The notes under the pieces were generated by a model. That model searched no databases. It was given only the letters and a program-made list of their open reading frames with translations, and was not told the origin of the DNA. A stretch of DNA of 64,000 bases from Candidatus Altimarinota bacterium (GTDB lineage: Bacteria > Patescibacteriota > Gracilibacteria > UBA4473). Positions 47,429 through 57,685 of this stretch are shown here, piece by piece. Each line of letters begins with the position of its first letter. Position 1 is the stretch's first letter. A program made the position numbers and the translations under genes. Location: the NCBI GenBank assembly GCA_965231215.1, contig OZ246423.1:608001-672000 (forward strand), given 5' to 3'.

Positions 47429-47439
47429 AAGAATAATAA

Positions 47440-49227
47440 ATGTCAGATTCAAATATCAATTTCGAAAACCGGCGCAAACACACCGCCAGCCACGTCCTTT
47501 CCTTTGCTGTAGGAATGCTTTATAAAGAGGTGAAGCGAGGAGTTGGCCCTTGGACCGAAGAAGGTTTTTATCAAGACTTTGACCTGGGCGATCAAGAAAT
47601 TTCAGATAAAGATTTCAAAGCCATCCAGAAAAAAATGCGCTGGATTGTTAATAAAGATTTTAAAGTAGTAAAAGAAGAGATGAGCGAAGAAAAAGCTCGA
47701 GAAATCTTTGCTCACGATGAATATAAGCAGGAACTCATCAGCGACATTGTTGACCGAGGAGAACCCCTTACCTTTCATAACTTTGCCGATGAAAACGGGC
47801 GGGTTGTGTACCAAGACCTTTGTGCGGGAGGCCATTTAGAATCTACTGGCCAGTTAGGGGTTTTCAAGCTCACAAAATTGGCTGGAGCTTATTGGCGAGG
47901 AGACGCCGATAAACCACAAATGACTCGAATTTATGGCGTTTGTTTTGAAGCCCAAGAACAGCTTGATGAGTATCTCCTTTTTCTTGAAGAAGCCAAAAAA
48001 CGAGACCACCGAAAACTTGGTAAAGAGTTGGGACTCTACACTATTGATCCTGAAGTTGGAATTGGGTTGCCTCTCTGGAAGCCAAAGGGGGCTTTTATTA
48101 TTTCTAAACTTAAATCTTGGTTTGAAGCAGAACAACTAAAACGTGGGTATATGCCCGTTTTTTCTCCCCATATCGGAAGAAAAAAACTCTGGGAAAAATC
48201 AGGACACTGGGGATTTTATAACGACTCAATGTACCCACCAGTAGAACTAGGACAAACCCTAGAAGACTACCAAGACAACAGAAAAGTAGATGAAAATGAA
48301 ACCTATCTTTTAAAGCCGATGAACTGCCCCTTTCACATTGCAATCTACAACGATGATATGCATTCATACCGAGATCTTCCAATGAGATTATATGAATTCG
48401 GAACAGTATACCGATATGAACAAAAAGGAGAGCTTGGAGGCCTCACCAGAGTTCGCGGATTTACCCAAGATGATGCTCATATTATCTGTACAAAAGAGCA
48501 AATTGAAGCCGAAATGGAAAGCATCTTGGATTTAGGAATTTTTGTACTACAAGAAACTTTTGGGTTTGATGTGGCTATCTCGGCCTCTTTCCGAGATCCA
48601 GAAAGCGATAAATATTTAGGTAATGATAAAGACTGGGAAATGGCCGAAAGTGCAATTCGAGATATTCTAAAAAAACGAAATATTTCCTACAAAGAAGAAT
48701 TAGGAGAGGCGGCCTTTTACGGTCCAAAAATGGATTTTAAAGTTCGTGACACCCTAGGAAGAGAGTGGCAGTTATCTACAATTCAATTTGATTTTAATCT
48801 TCCAGAGCGATTTGATATGAAATTTATTAACGCTCAGGGAGAAGAGGAGCAACCACTCGTAGTGCACCGTGCTATGTTGGGGTCTATAGAGCGGTTTATG
48901 GGAATACTTATTGAACATTACGCTGGAGCCTTCCCCGCTTGGATGGCGCCGATTCAGGCACACATTTTACCAGTAAATACGGCTCACGAAGATTATGCTT
49001 ATGAGTTGGCTGATAAACTAAAAAAATTAGGTGCACGAGTTGAGGTCTATGACACAAGTGAAAGCCTGAGCAAACGAATCCGAAACTGCCAAACAGACAA
49101 GGTGCCGTATGGAATCGTGGTAGGAGATAAAGAAGTCGAATCAGGACAACTTACCATCCGCCCATACGGAGAATCGAAAGATGAAGTCCTAAGTATTAAT
49201 GACTTTTTGGAAAAATTAAAACAATGA
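47440..49227 (+). CDS. thrS: Threonine--tRNA ligase
   Basis: RHTASH-like editing motif, DLC.GGH, KRDHRKLG, LKPMNCP.H, RVRGFTQDDAH, AAFYGPK, HRA.LGS.ERF. Confidence 0.98.
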   Translation: MSDSNINFENRRKHTASHVLSFAVGMLYKEVKRGVGPWTEEGFYQDFDLGDQEISDKDFKAIQKKMRWIVNKDFKVVKEEMSEEKAREIFAHDEYKQELISDIVDRGEPLTFHNFADENGRVVYQDLCAGGHLESTGQLGVFKLTKLAGAYWRGDADKPQMTRIYGVCFEAQEQLDEYLLFLEEAKKRDHRKLGKELGLYTIDPEVGIGLPLWKPKGAFIISKLKSWFEAEQLKRGYMPVFSPHIGRKKLWEKSGHWGFYNDSMYPPVELGQTLEDYQDNRKVDENETYLLKPMNCPFHIAIYNDDMHSYRDLPMRLYEFGTVYRYEQKGELGGLTRVRGFTQDDAHIICTKEQIEAEMESILDLGIFVLQETFGFDVAISASFRDPESDKYLGNDKDWEMAESAIRDILKKRNISYKEELGEAAFYGPKMDFKVRDTLGREWQLSTIQFDFNLPERFDMKFINAQGEEEQPLVVHRAMLGSIERFMGILIEHYAGAFPAWMAPIQAHILPVNTAHEDYAYELADKLKKLGARVEVYDTSESLSKRIRNCQTDKVPYGIVVGDKEVESGQLTIRPYGESKDEVLSINDFLEKLKQ

Positions 49228-50135
49228 AATTCCCAATAAATGGCGGGTTAGGGTTTGCTATTCTCGCCATCCTTGGATTTTCGTTGTCGGTGATTTTCTT
49301 AAAAGCGGCTTATATTTTTTACCCTGAAATTAATTTTTATTCCACCGCTATTTGGGGTTGGGGAAGCGCTATGGTTGGAGCTACGTTTTTATATTACCTT
49401 CCTTTTTCTCGCGCGAGAAAAAAAGTAATTCCGGAACTAAAAACCCACTACAAACTACACATCATTATTACCCTGCTCGCTTTATTTAATGGTCTTTTTT
49501 GGTTTTATGGATTGTCTGTTATGAGTGGGGGAGTAGTTTCACTCATTGATCAAAATGTATTTATTTGGTCGTTTTTTTTGGGTATTTTATTTCTAAAAGA
49601 AGCTTTTTCTGCCAAAGAAATTCTAGCTGTTGGCCTCACGCTTCTCGGGTTATTTATTATTTCTACCCTAGAAGGAGAGGTGACCTTACTGGGAATTCTT
49701 CTGCTTTTAATGGCGGGGCTTTCTATCGCCCTACAAAGTTTAGTCATGAAAAAATATCCACAAAATTTTGATGCCCTAACCCTTACTTTTTGGAGGGGGT
49801 GGGGATTGTGGTTTGGCTCTTTTCTGATAGCCTTAGCCCTTAAAAAAGTTGAACTATCGATTCCATTAGGCGCTTTTGGACTCCTGTTTTTCAGTCAATT
49901 TTTTGGTTTATTTATCGGTCGGGGAGCCTATATAAAGGCTCATGAATTTTTACCTATTTCTCAGTTAAGTTTCATGATGCTGAGTATTCCCGTGGTCGTG
50001 TTCAGCGGTACTCACTTTTGGCTGGGAGAACCCATCACTGAAAAAAAACTGTTCGGTGGAGTTGTAATGATTTTAGGACTCGTTTGGTTTCTCTGGGAGC
50101 GGGAACGCCTTAAAACGGCAAATCTTCAGGGGTAG
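49224..50135 (+). CDS. EamA/DMT family transporter
   Basis: About 10 TM segments in two EamA repeats (LFLKE, WLGE). Confidence 0.85.
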   Translation: MKFPINGGLGFAILAILGFSLSVIFLKAAYIFYPEINFYSTAIWGWGSAMVGATFLYYLPFSRARKKVIPELKTHYKLHIIITLLALFNGLFWFYGLSVMSGGVVSLIDQNVFIWSFFLGILFLKEAFSAKEILAVGLTLLGLFIISTLEGEVTLLGILLLLMAGLSIALQSLVMKKYPQNFDALTLTFWRGWGLWFGSFLIALALKKVELSIPLGAFGLLFFSQFFGLFIGRGAYIKAHEFLPISQLSFMMLSIPVVVFSGTHFWLGEPITEKKLFGGVVMILGLVWFLWERERLKTANLQG

Positions 50136-50397
50136 GGTCCGTTGCTGGAGTTGCTGAAGCAGGAGCCGCAGGCCCTTCGGCTCGAGATTCTGGTTTCCAC
50201 GTATCTACTTCTAGATAATGAGTCATCCCTCCAGCGGAAGGTTCTCGACGCTCTTTAACCACGATATTAATCCAACCGTTATTAAGGTTTTGCTGCATTT
50301 TTTCAACATCCTCAGCCGTTAAACTAAGCTTCATTAAATCTCCATATTGAGTCGTAATTTTCTTGGCATTTCCTACATAAATCTTTTCGTCTGACAT
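50110..50397 (-). CDS. Small protein with an SSB-like acidic C-terminal tail
   Basis: KIYVG..K...YG, GWINI, THY..VDTWKP, a P/A/T linker, ending EDLPF. Confidence 0.75.
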   Translation of the reverse strand: MSDEKIYVGNAKKITTQYGDLMKLSLTAEDVEKMQQNLNNGWINIVVKERREPSAGGMTHYLEVDTWKPESRAEGPAAPASATPATDPTPEDLPF

Positions 50398-50454
50398 ATT
50401 TAAAAGGGTTAAAGTGTGAGGAAATTATAGAGAAATTAGTCTTCTGCAGGAACT

Positions 50455-50482
50455 AAAAAACCGACCTTTTGGGGGTCGGTTT
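50455..50482 (-). terminator. Terminator after rpsG
   Basis: AAACCGACC...GGTCGGTTT flanked by an A/T run. Confidence 0.8.
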
Positions 50483-50505
50483 CTTCGTAAATTTTTAATG
50501 TCTTT

Positions 50506-51051
50506 TTAGTACCGGGCCAAGTGAGCAAAAGCTTTGTTGGCTTGAGCCATTCGGTGCGCTTCTTCTTTTTTACCGAAGGCAAATCCGGTTTCGTTTGAAC
50601 AATCAATAATCTCTGAAGCGAGTCTTTTATACATGGGTTGCCCTTTCTTTTTTCGAGCTCCTTCCAAAATCCATCGTACAGACAAACTCTGTTGTCTTTT
50701 GGTGGTTACTTCAATAGGGATTTGGTATACCGCCCCACCAATACGTTTGGCCTTACACTCCATGGTTGGGGTGGCGTTTCTGAGCCCTAGTTCAAAGGTC
50801 TTCAGAGGCTCATCGTTTCCTCTTCGGTGAATTTCTTCAAACATATCTTGTATGATTTTCTGAGCTACAGATTTTTTACCATTTTTCATCACACAGTTAA
50901 CAAACTTTGCCTGAAGTGGATCAGAAAAAGAAAAAGGGTTTTTATATTTAGTCGCCTTTTTAGCAGATCCTTTGCCCTCCTTTTTTCCTTCACTTTTTGG
51001 TGCTGATTCTTCAACAGGCGCTTCAGCGGGCGCTACATTTTCTTTTGCCAT
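50506..51051 (-). CDS. rpsG: 30S ribosomal protein S7
   Basis: M..GKKSVA, RIGGA.YQIP.EV, HRMAQANKAFAH. N-terminal extension. Confidence 0.97.
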   Translation of the reverse strand: MAKENVAPAEAPVEESAPKSEGKKEGKGSAKKATKYKNPFSFSDPLQAKFVNCVMKNGKKSVAQKIIQDMFEEIHRRGNDEPLKTFELGLRNATPTMECKAKRIGGAVYQIPIEVTTKRQQSLSVRWILEGARKKKGQPMYKRLASEIIDCSNETGFAFGKKEEAHRMAQANKAFAHLARY

Positions 51052-51075
51052 CGTTTTTATAAATTAATTAATGAT

Positions 51076-51492
51076 TTAACTAGCTTTTGGTCTTTTGGTT
51101 CCATATCTGGAACGCCCCTGTTTTCGATTTTCTACTCCCTGAGTATCGAGGGTTCCTCGTACTACATGGTATCGCACTCCCACGAGATCTTTTACTCTTC
51201 CTCCTCGGATCAGCACAACTGAATGCTCTTGAAGATTATGCCCCTCACCCATGATATAAGCATTTACTTCATATCCGTTGGTGAGTCTCACGCGCGCAAT
51301 TTTCCGGAGAGCCGAATTCGGCTTTTTGGGAGTTGTTGTGGTTACCTTCACACATACTCCTCGTTTTTGCGGAGAAGGAAGGGGCACACTACGGTTTCTC
51401 AGTGTATTTTGAGTACTTTGTAAGGCTGGTGATTTAGATTTAATCACTTTTTTCTTTCGAGATTTGCGAACCAGTTGGTTAATTGTTGGCAT
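51076..51492 (-). CDS. rpsL: 30S ribosomal protein S12
   Basis: [31 protein letters not shown]. Confidence 0.98.
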   Translation of the reverse strand: MPTINQLVRKSRKKKVIKSKSPALQSTQNTLRNRSVPLPSPQKRGVCVKVTTTTPKKPNSALRKIARVRLTNGYEVNAYIMGEGHNLQEHSVVLIRGGRVKDLVGVRYHVVRGTLDTQGVENRKQGRSRYGTKRPKAS

Positions 51493-51521
51493 AAAATTTA
51501 AATTATTGGCGCATAAATTGT

Positions 51522-54500
51522 TTAGGAAGCCCTTTGTTTATCAGGGTCAAAGTGCTTACCGGCAGGGATAAGCCGGCCGATGATAACGTTCTCTTTTAAT
51601 CCGTCAAGCATATCTACTTTTCGGGTTGTAGAAGCCTCCACTAAAACTCTAATGGTTTCTTGGAATGAAGCGGCAGAAAGCCATGAATCAGTCCAGAGAG
51701 AAATACGAGTAAGCCCTAGAAGGAGTCTTTCATATCGTGCTTCTGTTTGGTTCTTCTTGAGCGCTTTATTGGCTTCTTCTACTTCAATTACATCTTGAAT
51801 TTCTCCTGGAAGGAAGTCTGTATCTCCACCATCAAGAATCCGAACTTTGGAAGCCATTTGTTTGGCAATAATCTCGATATGTTTTTCATTGATGTGTTGT
51901 CCTTGAGAAGCGTAAATGTATTGAACTTCATAAAGGATATACTCTTGAACTTTCTCAACAGAAGTGAGTTCCATAAGTTGTCTCAAGTCTACGTGCCCAA
52001 TAGTAAGCCGTTGACCTTTTTCAACACTTTCTCCTTCTTTAATTTGAAGGGTTGTTCTATGAGAAACCGTGTACGATCTTTTTTGAGCTTCGGCTTGTTT
52101 AATAGTGATAACACCTTTTTCGATCTTCGTTACTTTACCAGCAGAGGCGGTTTTGACGTTACTTCGATCTTCAGTTGATCGGGCAATGATTTGTTTCTCT
52201 TTCACCTCTTCTCCTTTTTTCACGCTTGGTTCCATATTGAGACCAAGTTGGTAGTGCTCATCTTCAGCTTTATCGGCTTCGATAAGAATTTTTGTATCGT
52301 TTTTACCTTTCTTGATTTTTACTTTACCAGCGATCTCAGCCAAGACGGCTGGAGATTTTGGGCTTCGAGCTTCAAAGAGTTCATCTACACGGGTCAACCC
52401 TTGAGTAATAGAAGCGCCCTCAGTCGCCACTCCTCCCATATGGAAAGTCCGCATGGTAAGCTGGGTTCCTGGTTCTCCAATTGATTGAGCCGCGATAATG
52501 CCCACAGGGGTTCCAATCTCCGCTACATTCCGGCTTCCTAGGTCATGTCCGTAACATTTTTGGCAACATCCACCGAGCGTTCTACAGTACATAATTGAGC
52601 GTACTTGGATTTCTGAAATTTGGTGATCTCGGATTGTTTGAATTTGCTCATCTCCAATTACTTCTCCTTTTTTAAGAACGGTTTTACCTTTTACTTTCAC
52701 CTCTTCTCCAACCGTGAGTCCGTATACTCTTTCTTCAAAGGACACTCCAAGATAATCTGAATTTTCACGAGTGATTTTTTTGAAAGTATCGGTTCCACAG
52801 TCTTCTTCTCGGATAATAATATCTTGTACAGAGTCCACTAGACGACGAGTAAGGTATCCCGCTTCTGCGGTTTTAAGCGCTGTATCTGATTTTCCTTTAC
52901 GTCCTCCGTGCGTTGCATTGAAATATTCAAGGATGGTAAATCCCTCTTTAAGGTTTGATTTAATGGGAAGTTCAATCGTTCTACCAGAAGGAGAGGCTAC
53001 TAACCCTTTCATTCCGGCCATTTGAGTAATTTGTCCCCAGTTACCTCGGGCTCCCGAATCAATTTGATAGAAAATATCATTTTGATTGTCATACTCATCA
53101 ATCATTTCATTGGTAATATCACTTTTAACACGTGACCAAATTTTGATAGTGTGGTTATATCGTTCCTCATCTGTAATAAGACCGTGTAAATACTGATCAT
53201 TAATGCTGTTTACGATGTGATTTGTTTTATCAATAATTGCTTGTTTGTTCGCTGGAGAAGCCAAGTCATAAGCAGAAATGGTAATTCCAGATTTGGTCGC
53301 ATATCGAAATCCAAGATCTTTAATTTTATCAGCCAGTAATGCGGCTTCATCTGTGCCATATTGGTTAAAAACATCAGAAAGCACGTTTTTAAGTGGGGTT
53401 TTACCAAAAGTGCTATTTTGGTATTCCATAGCTTCTGGAAGAATTTGGTTGAAGAGGACTCTTCCAACGGTAGTTTCTAAAATTTCTGCTCCAATCCGAA
53501 CTTTAATTTTAGCCTGAAGGTGAACTTGTCCTGTTTCATAAGCAAAAATAGCGGCTTCTGGATTCGCAAAGGTTCGTCCTTCTCCAGCTTTTCCATCAAA
53601 AATTTGAGTAAGAAAGTAACATCCAAGTACCATATCCTGTGAAGGACTTACAATCGGTTCACCCGCAGAAGGTTTAAGTAGGTTATTTTTAGAAACAATA
53701 ATTTCTCGGGCTTCTTTCTGCGCATCTTCGGAAAGCGGAAGATGAACCGCCATTTGGTCTCCATCGAAATCCGCATTAAAGGCCGCACAAACAAGCGGAT
53801 GAAGCTGAATCGCTTTTCCTTCAACCAGTCTTGGTTGGAAAGCCTGAATTCCAAGCCTGTGCAGTGTAGGAGCACGATTTAGAAGTACATATTTTCCTTC
53901 AATGACTTCATCCAGAATATCCCAAACCACTTTTTCTCCGTTTTTAATAAGTTTTTCAGCACTCTTCACATTATGAGCTAAATCAAACTTAATTAGTTTT
54001 GAAATTACAAAGGGTTTAAAGAGTTCTAAAGCAATCTTTTTTGGAAGCCCACATTCATGCAATTTTAGTGTTGGCCCAACGACAATCACCGAACGCCCTG
54101 AATAATCTACACGCTTCCCAAGAAGGTTTTGTCTAAACCGTCCTTGTTTTCCTTTAAGCATATCAGAAAGAGATCTCAGTCTTCTTCGTTGAACTTGATT
54201 TACGCCAGATCGAGAGTTTCGAACTGAGTTAGAAATTAAAATATCTACTGATTCTTGAAGCATCCGTTTTTCATTTCGACAAATAATTTCAGGGGCTCCA
54301 AGTTGAATAAGTTTTTTTAGACGAGAGTTACGATTAATAACTCTTCGGTATAAATCATTTAGATCAGAAGTAGCAAAACGACCTCCATCTAGTTGTACCA
54401 TCGGCCGCAATTCTGGTGGAATTACTGGAATTACAGTTAACACCATCCACTCTGGGCGAATATTGCTTCGATGTAGTGATGAAGCAAGTTTAATCCGTTT

Positions 54501-55343
54501 AAGGAGTTTTTTCTCTTTTTGACCTGAGGTCGTTTTAAGCTCTTTTTTAAGTTGTTTTATATAGGCTTCCATCTCAATTTTTTGGATCACTTCTCGAATA
54601 GCATCAGCTCCAATCCCAGCTCGGAAAACATATCCAAATTTCATAGAAATATTTCGGTATTCGGTTTCGGTAAGCACCTTTCCTACATGAAGATCTTTAA
54701 GTTCATCTTTAGCAGTTTTGAAATTTAGATTAATTTCTTCTACTTTAGCGGCTAACTCTTCTTCGAGCGCTATAAGGTCTTTCTCTGTCATATCTCCGTT
54801 TTTTACCGCTTTTTTAGCAGCCTTTAAACTGGCAGCGGATTCTTCTTTATTGGTTTCAATAATTTTTTTATAATCCGCCTCTAATTCTTCTAAAGCTTCT
54901 TTTCGAGATTCTTCATCTACATCTACTACCAAATAAGAAGCAAAATAAACTACTTGTTCTAATTGTTTAACCGAAAGATCTAAAAGTAGACCAATTCTTG
55001 AAGGCGTAGAACGGAGAAACCAGGTATGAGTTACCGGAACCGCTAATTTTATATGTCCCATTCGCTCACGACGAACAATAGAGCGCGTCACCTCAACCCC
55101 ACATCTCTCACAAACAATCCCTTTATACCGAATTCTTTTATACTTTCCACAAGCACATTCCCAGTTTTTTACTGGTCCAAAAATTTTCTGACAGAATAAA
55201 CCATCTGGTTCAGGTTTTTGGGTTCGGTAATTAATGGTTTCGGGTTTCGTTACCTCACCATGAGACCATGACAAAATTTCCTCCGGCGAAGCTACAGATA
55301 GAGCAATTGCGTCGAAGTCTTTGATTTTTTTGATGTTACTCAT
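51522..55343 (-). CDS. rpoC: RNA polymerase beta' subunit
   Basis: [50 protein letters not shown]. Confidence 0.99.
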   Translation of the reverse strand: MSNIKKIKDFDAIALSVASPEEILSWSHGEVTKPETINYRTQKPEPDGLFCQKIFGPVKNWECACGKYKRIRYKGIVCERCGVEVTRSIVRRERMGHIKLAVPVTHTWFLRSTPSRIGLLLDLSVKQLEQVVYFASYLVVDVDEESRKEALEELEADYKKIIETNKEESAASLKAAKKAVKNGDMTEKDLIALEEELAAKVEEINLNFKTAKDELKDLHVGKVLTETEYRNISMKFGYVFRAGIGADAIREVIQKIEMEAYIKQLKKELKTTSGQKEKKLLKRIKLASSLHRSNIRPEWMVLTVIPVIPPELRPMVQLDGGRFATSDLNDLYRRVINRNSRLKKLIQLGAPEIICRNEKRMLQESVDILISNSVRNSRSGVNQVQRRRLRSLSDMLKGKQGRFRQNLLGKRVDYSGRSVIVVGPTLKLHECGLPKKIALELFKPFVISKLIKFDLAHNVKSAEKLIKNGEKVVWDILDEVIEGKYVLLNRAPTLHRLGIQAFQPRLVEGKAIQLHPLVCAAFNADFDGDQMAVHLPLSEDAQKEAREIIVSKNNLLKPSAGEPIVSPSQDMVLGCYFLTQIFDGKAGEGRTFANPEAAIFAYETGQVHLQAKIKVRIGAEILETTVGRVLFNQILPEAMEYQNSTFGKTPLKNVLSDVFNQYGTDEAALLADKIKDLGFRYATKSGITISAYDLASPANKQAIIDKTNHIVNSINDQYLHGLITDEERYNHTIKIWSRVKSDITNEMIDEYDNQNDIFYQIDSGARGNWGQITQMAGMKGLVASPSGRTIELPIKSNLKEGFTILEYFNATHGGRKGKSDTALKTAEAGYLTRRLVDSVQDIIIREEDCGTDTFKKITRENSDYLGVSFEERVYGLTVGEEVKVKGKTVLKKGEVIGDEQIQTIRDHQISEIQVRSIMYCRTLGGCCQKCYGHDLGSRNVAEIGTPVGIIAAQSIGEPGTQLTMRTFHMGGVATEGASITQGLTRVDELFEARSPKSPAVLAEIAGKVKIKKGKNDTKILIEADKAEDEHYQLGLNMEPSVKKGEEVKEKQIIARSTEDRSNVKTASAGKVTKIEKGVITIKQAEAQKRSYTVSHRTTLQIKEGESVEKGQRLTIGHVDLRQLMELTSVEKVQEYILYEVQYIYASQGQHINEKHIEIIAKQMASKVRILDGGDTDFLPGEIQDVIEVEEANKALKKNQTEARYERLLLGLTRISLWTDSWLSAASFQETIRVLVEASTTRKVDMLDGLKENVIIGRLIPAGKHFDPDKQRAS

Positions 55344-55519
55344 AAGTACCAATCAGGCTAAAAAAATAATTTCGAGTTATTCCCTTACTGAAGCTCTTAA
55401 TCTTGAAAATTAAATCATAATCTCTTCTCGTAATCTTTCCAAGTAAGCTCAAAAATAAGGAAAATGTACTCTTTAAGCCGCAAAAATATATAAATTTAAT
55501 GCGCGCGGTCAAATTCTTT

Positions 55520-55910
55520 TGTCTAAATTTTACTTCCTGTCAAACTTTTTTCCTCTTTATTGGTTTTTATAAAATTTTATAAAATATAGAGTTAGTATTT
55601 AGAAGTAAAAATTTGGGGAAAAAATTTTAATCCCCTATCTAGGGGATTTTTTATTTTATTTCTCTTTAAAAAGTACTTTATTTTTTAAATTTAATTAAAG
55701 ATATAAAACAAAAAATGTATTCTTATTTTTTATTATTTCTGACACTAAAAGCCTGAGTAAAATTTGTTTTATTAAAAAAATATTAATATATGTGGAAAAC
55801 TTGGTGAATAATTTTTGAAAAGGGTTAAAATTTAATGTTTAAAACACCCACAGCTCAAAAAACACTAAGTCCAAATTTCACCGGGTCTTATGAAAGTTTC
55901 CACAGGAATT
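55520..55910. other. AT-rich region with DnaA-box-like motifs (candidate oriC)
   Basis: TGTGGAAAA 55791-99 (matches TTWTNCACA on the minus strand), plus one-mismatch boxes GGTGAATAA 55803-11, TGGGGAAAA 55614-22 and GTTTCCACA 55896-904. Confidence 0.4.
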
Positions 55911-57070
55911 TTGGATCCTGGCATAAGTTTTGCACCTATCCCAATCTGAGTTCCCTTTCCTACAATAGAACCAAGTTTTTGATGTCTAGAATCTATTTTT
56001 TCCTCTTTTATATTCACGCGAACCGTTTTTTTATCTAATCGTAGGTTAGCAGTACAACTATAAGCTCCGAAGTTTGCATTAGCTTCTACAACAGAGTCTC
56101 CGATATAAGCTATGTGAGAAGTTACATTGCGACCTATCCAACTACGAGCTACTTCTGTGTTATATCCTACAGTAGATCCTTCACCGATATTTGAGCTTCT
56201 CACCAAGGCGTTATTGCCCACAATTACATTTTTACCAATATAACAAGGCCCACATATAACTGCATTTTCATAAATTTTAACACCGGATTCTATCAACACA
56301 TTATTTCCTTTAATGATGGCACTTTTAGCAATATCTGCACTGGCGTCTATATGTGATTTTTGTGTAGCTAAAAAGATATCCATCATTTCTAGTACATGCC
56401 AAGGGTATTTGATGGTTTGCCAATCTTGGTCGTACTCTACGGCTTTAAAATTTTTAGATTTAAAAAGTGAATCCAAAGCTACTTCATATACATCATCATT
56501 TTTTGAGTGGGCTTTATTAAGCGCCAATTTCAAATCTAAAGCCTTTGAAAAAGAGTGAACCACAATATTTACCAGGTCAGAAGGCTCATTTCCTTCCCCT
56601 GGTTTTTCTACGATAGAAAGAATTTTTCCATCTTCATTTTTTTCCAAATATCCCCCAGGAAAATAAACCGTTCTTTTTTGCCCTAAAAGAGCCCCATCAC
56701 AAACCTTCCCTGACTCTATTGTGGAGGCTATAGCCGAAGATTGTACAAAATCATTGCCGTTATGAACCAAGACCGATTCATCGTCATCAACAAATTCAAG
56801 CCCGGCTAAAATTCCACCAGCCATACCCTCATCCAAGTTTTCCTGAATAGTTACTGATGTATTTTTTAAAAAATCGTGTGAAGCACAAAGCGCCTCAATT
56901 TTTTGTCTGTTATCAAGATTACCCACGATGATAAAATTTTTAGCCCCCCCATTTTGGGCATTCTTTAAAAGCTTTAAGATAAGCGCCTCTCCTCCAAAGT
57001 CTAAAAAGTTTTTATCCTCAATTGGATCCATTCGGCTTGAGCGTCCGGCGGCCAGGAAAATAGTTTTCAT
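55865..57070 (-). CDS. Bifunctional sugar-1-phosphate nucleotidyltransferase/acetyltransferase (GlmU-like)
   Basis: LAAGRSSRM, IVEKP, YPWH.L and a hexapeptide-repeat C-terminus (H..YIGDSV, ANLR.D). Confidence 0.88.
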   Translation of the reverse strand: MKTIFLAAGRSSRMDPIEDKNFLDFGGEALILKLLKNAQNGGAKNFIIVGNLDNRQKIEALCASHDFLKNTSVTIQENLDEGMAGGILAGLEFVDDDESVLVHNGNDFVQSSAIASTIESGKVCDGALLGQKRTVYFPGGYLEKNEDGKILSIVEKPGEGNEPSDLVNIVVHSFSKALDLKLALNKAHSKNDDVYEVALDSLFKSKNFKAVEYDQDWQTIKYPWHVLEMMDIFLATQKSHIDASADIAKSAIIKGNNVLIESGVKIYENAVICGPCYIGKNVIVGNNALVRSSNIGEGSTVGYNTEVARSWIGRNVTSHIAYIGDSVVEANANFGAYSCTANLRLDKKTVRVNIKEEKIDSRHQKLGSIVGKGTQIGIGAKLMPGSKIPVETFIRPGEIWT

Positions 57071-57087
57071 TTTTGAACCCAGTCTAC

Positions 57088-57624
57088 CTAAACCGATTCA
57101 AATTTAAAGCCTTCTTCCCCATCGAGTAAGACGTAATTCACGCGTTTGTTTTGTAAAAATCTATAACTATCTGGGTCACAAAAGATCTTTATACCTTTGT
57201 CCTCAATAAGGCGGTCCCCCCGTTCGGGTTTTTCTTCAAAATCTAAAAAATAATTTGGCTCGCTTCCGGGATTGAGAGTGACCTCAATACGCAATCCAAA
57301 CCCTTCTTTGCCGGCCTCTTTTTGGAATTCTAAAATTTTAGTTTTAGCGCTTTCGGTGATTTCTGGGTCTGTGGTTTTGCGCTCGCCATCAAGGGCTAGT
57401 TTTAGCTCTATAGCCGCTTCGTTGAGATCTTTAATAACCACCCAAAACAGATCTTCTCCGTAGTGGGCTATTACGCCATCTTTCAGCGTTTCGTACTGAT
57501 TTATATGACACCCCGCACAAGCAATACCGTGGGCGGCTAAAATTTCATGAGCCTCTGGAAATTCTAAAAGAATATCAGAAATAATTTCTTCTCCAGAAAA
57601 CTGTCTATATTGGGTTTTGGTCAT
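57088..57624 (-). CDS. DUF1858 + HesB/IscA-like fusion protein
   Basis: HGIACAGC..ETL..G...YG (DUF1858), then ITESA...GLRIEV...Y.LDF...GFKF without the carrier cysteines. Confidence 0.7.
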   Translation of the reverse strand: MTKTQYRQFSGEEIISDILLEFPEAHEILAAHGIACAGCHINQYETLKDGVIAHYGEDLFWVVIKDLNEAAIELKLALDGERKTTDPEITESAKTKILEFQKEAGKEGFGLRIEVTLNPGSEPNYFLDFEEKPERGDRLIEDKGIKIFCDPDSYRFLQNKRVNYVLLDGEEGFKFESV

Positions 57625-57685
57625 CTTCAAAATTACCTTAGTAAAGTCTTTATTATTGTCTAAAAATTAATAGAATTTTCAGTAC

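Noticed and set aside
47290-47439. T-box upstream of thrS
   Set aside because: The region is too short and has no GGTGGNACCGCG motif.
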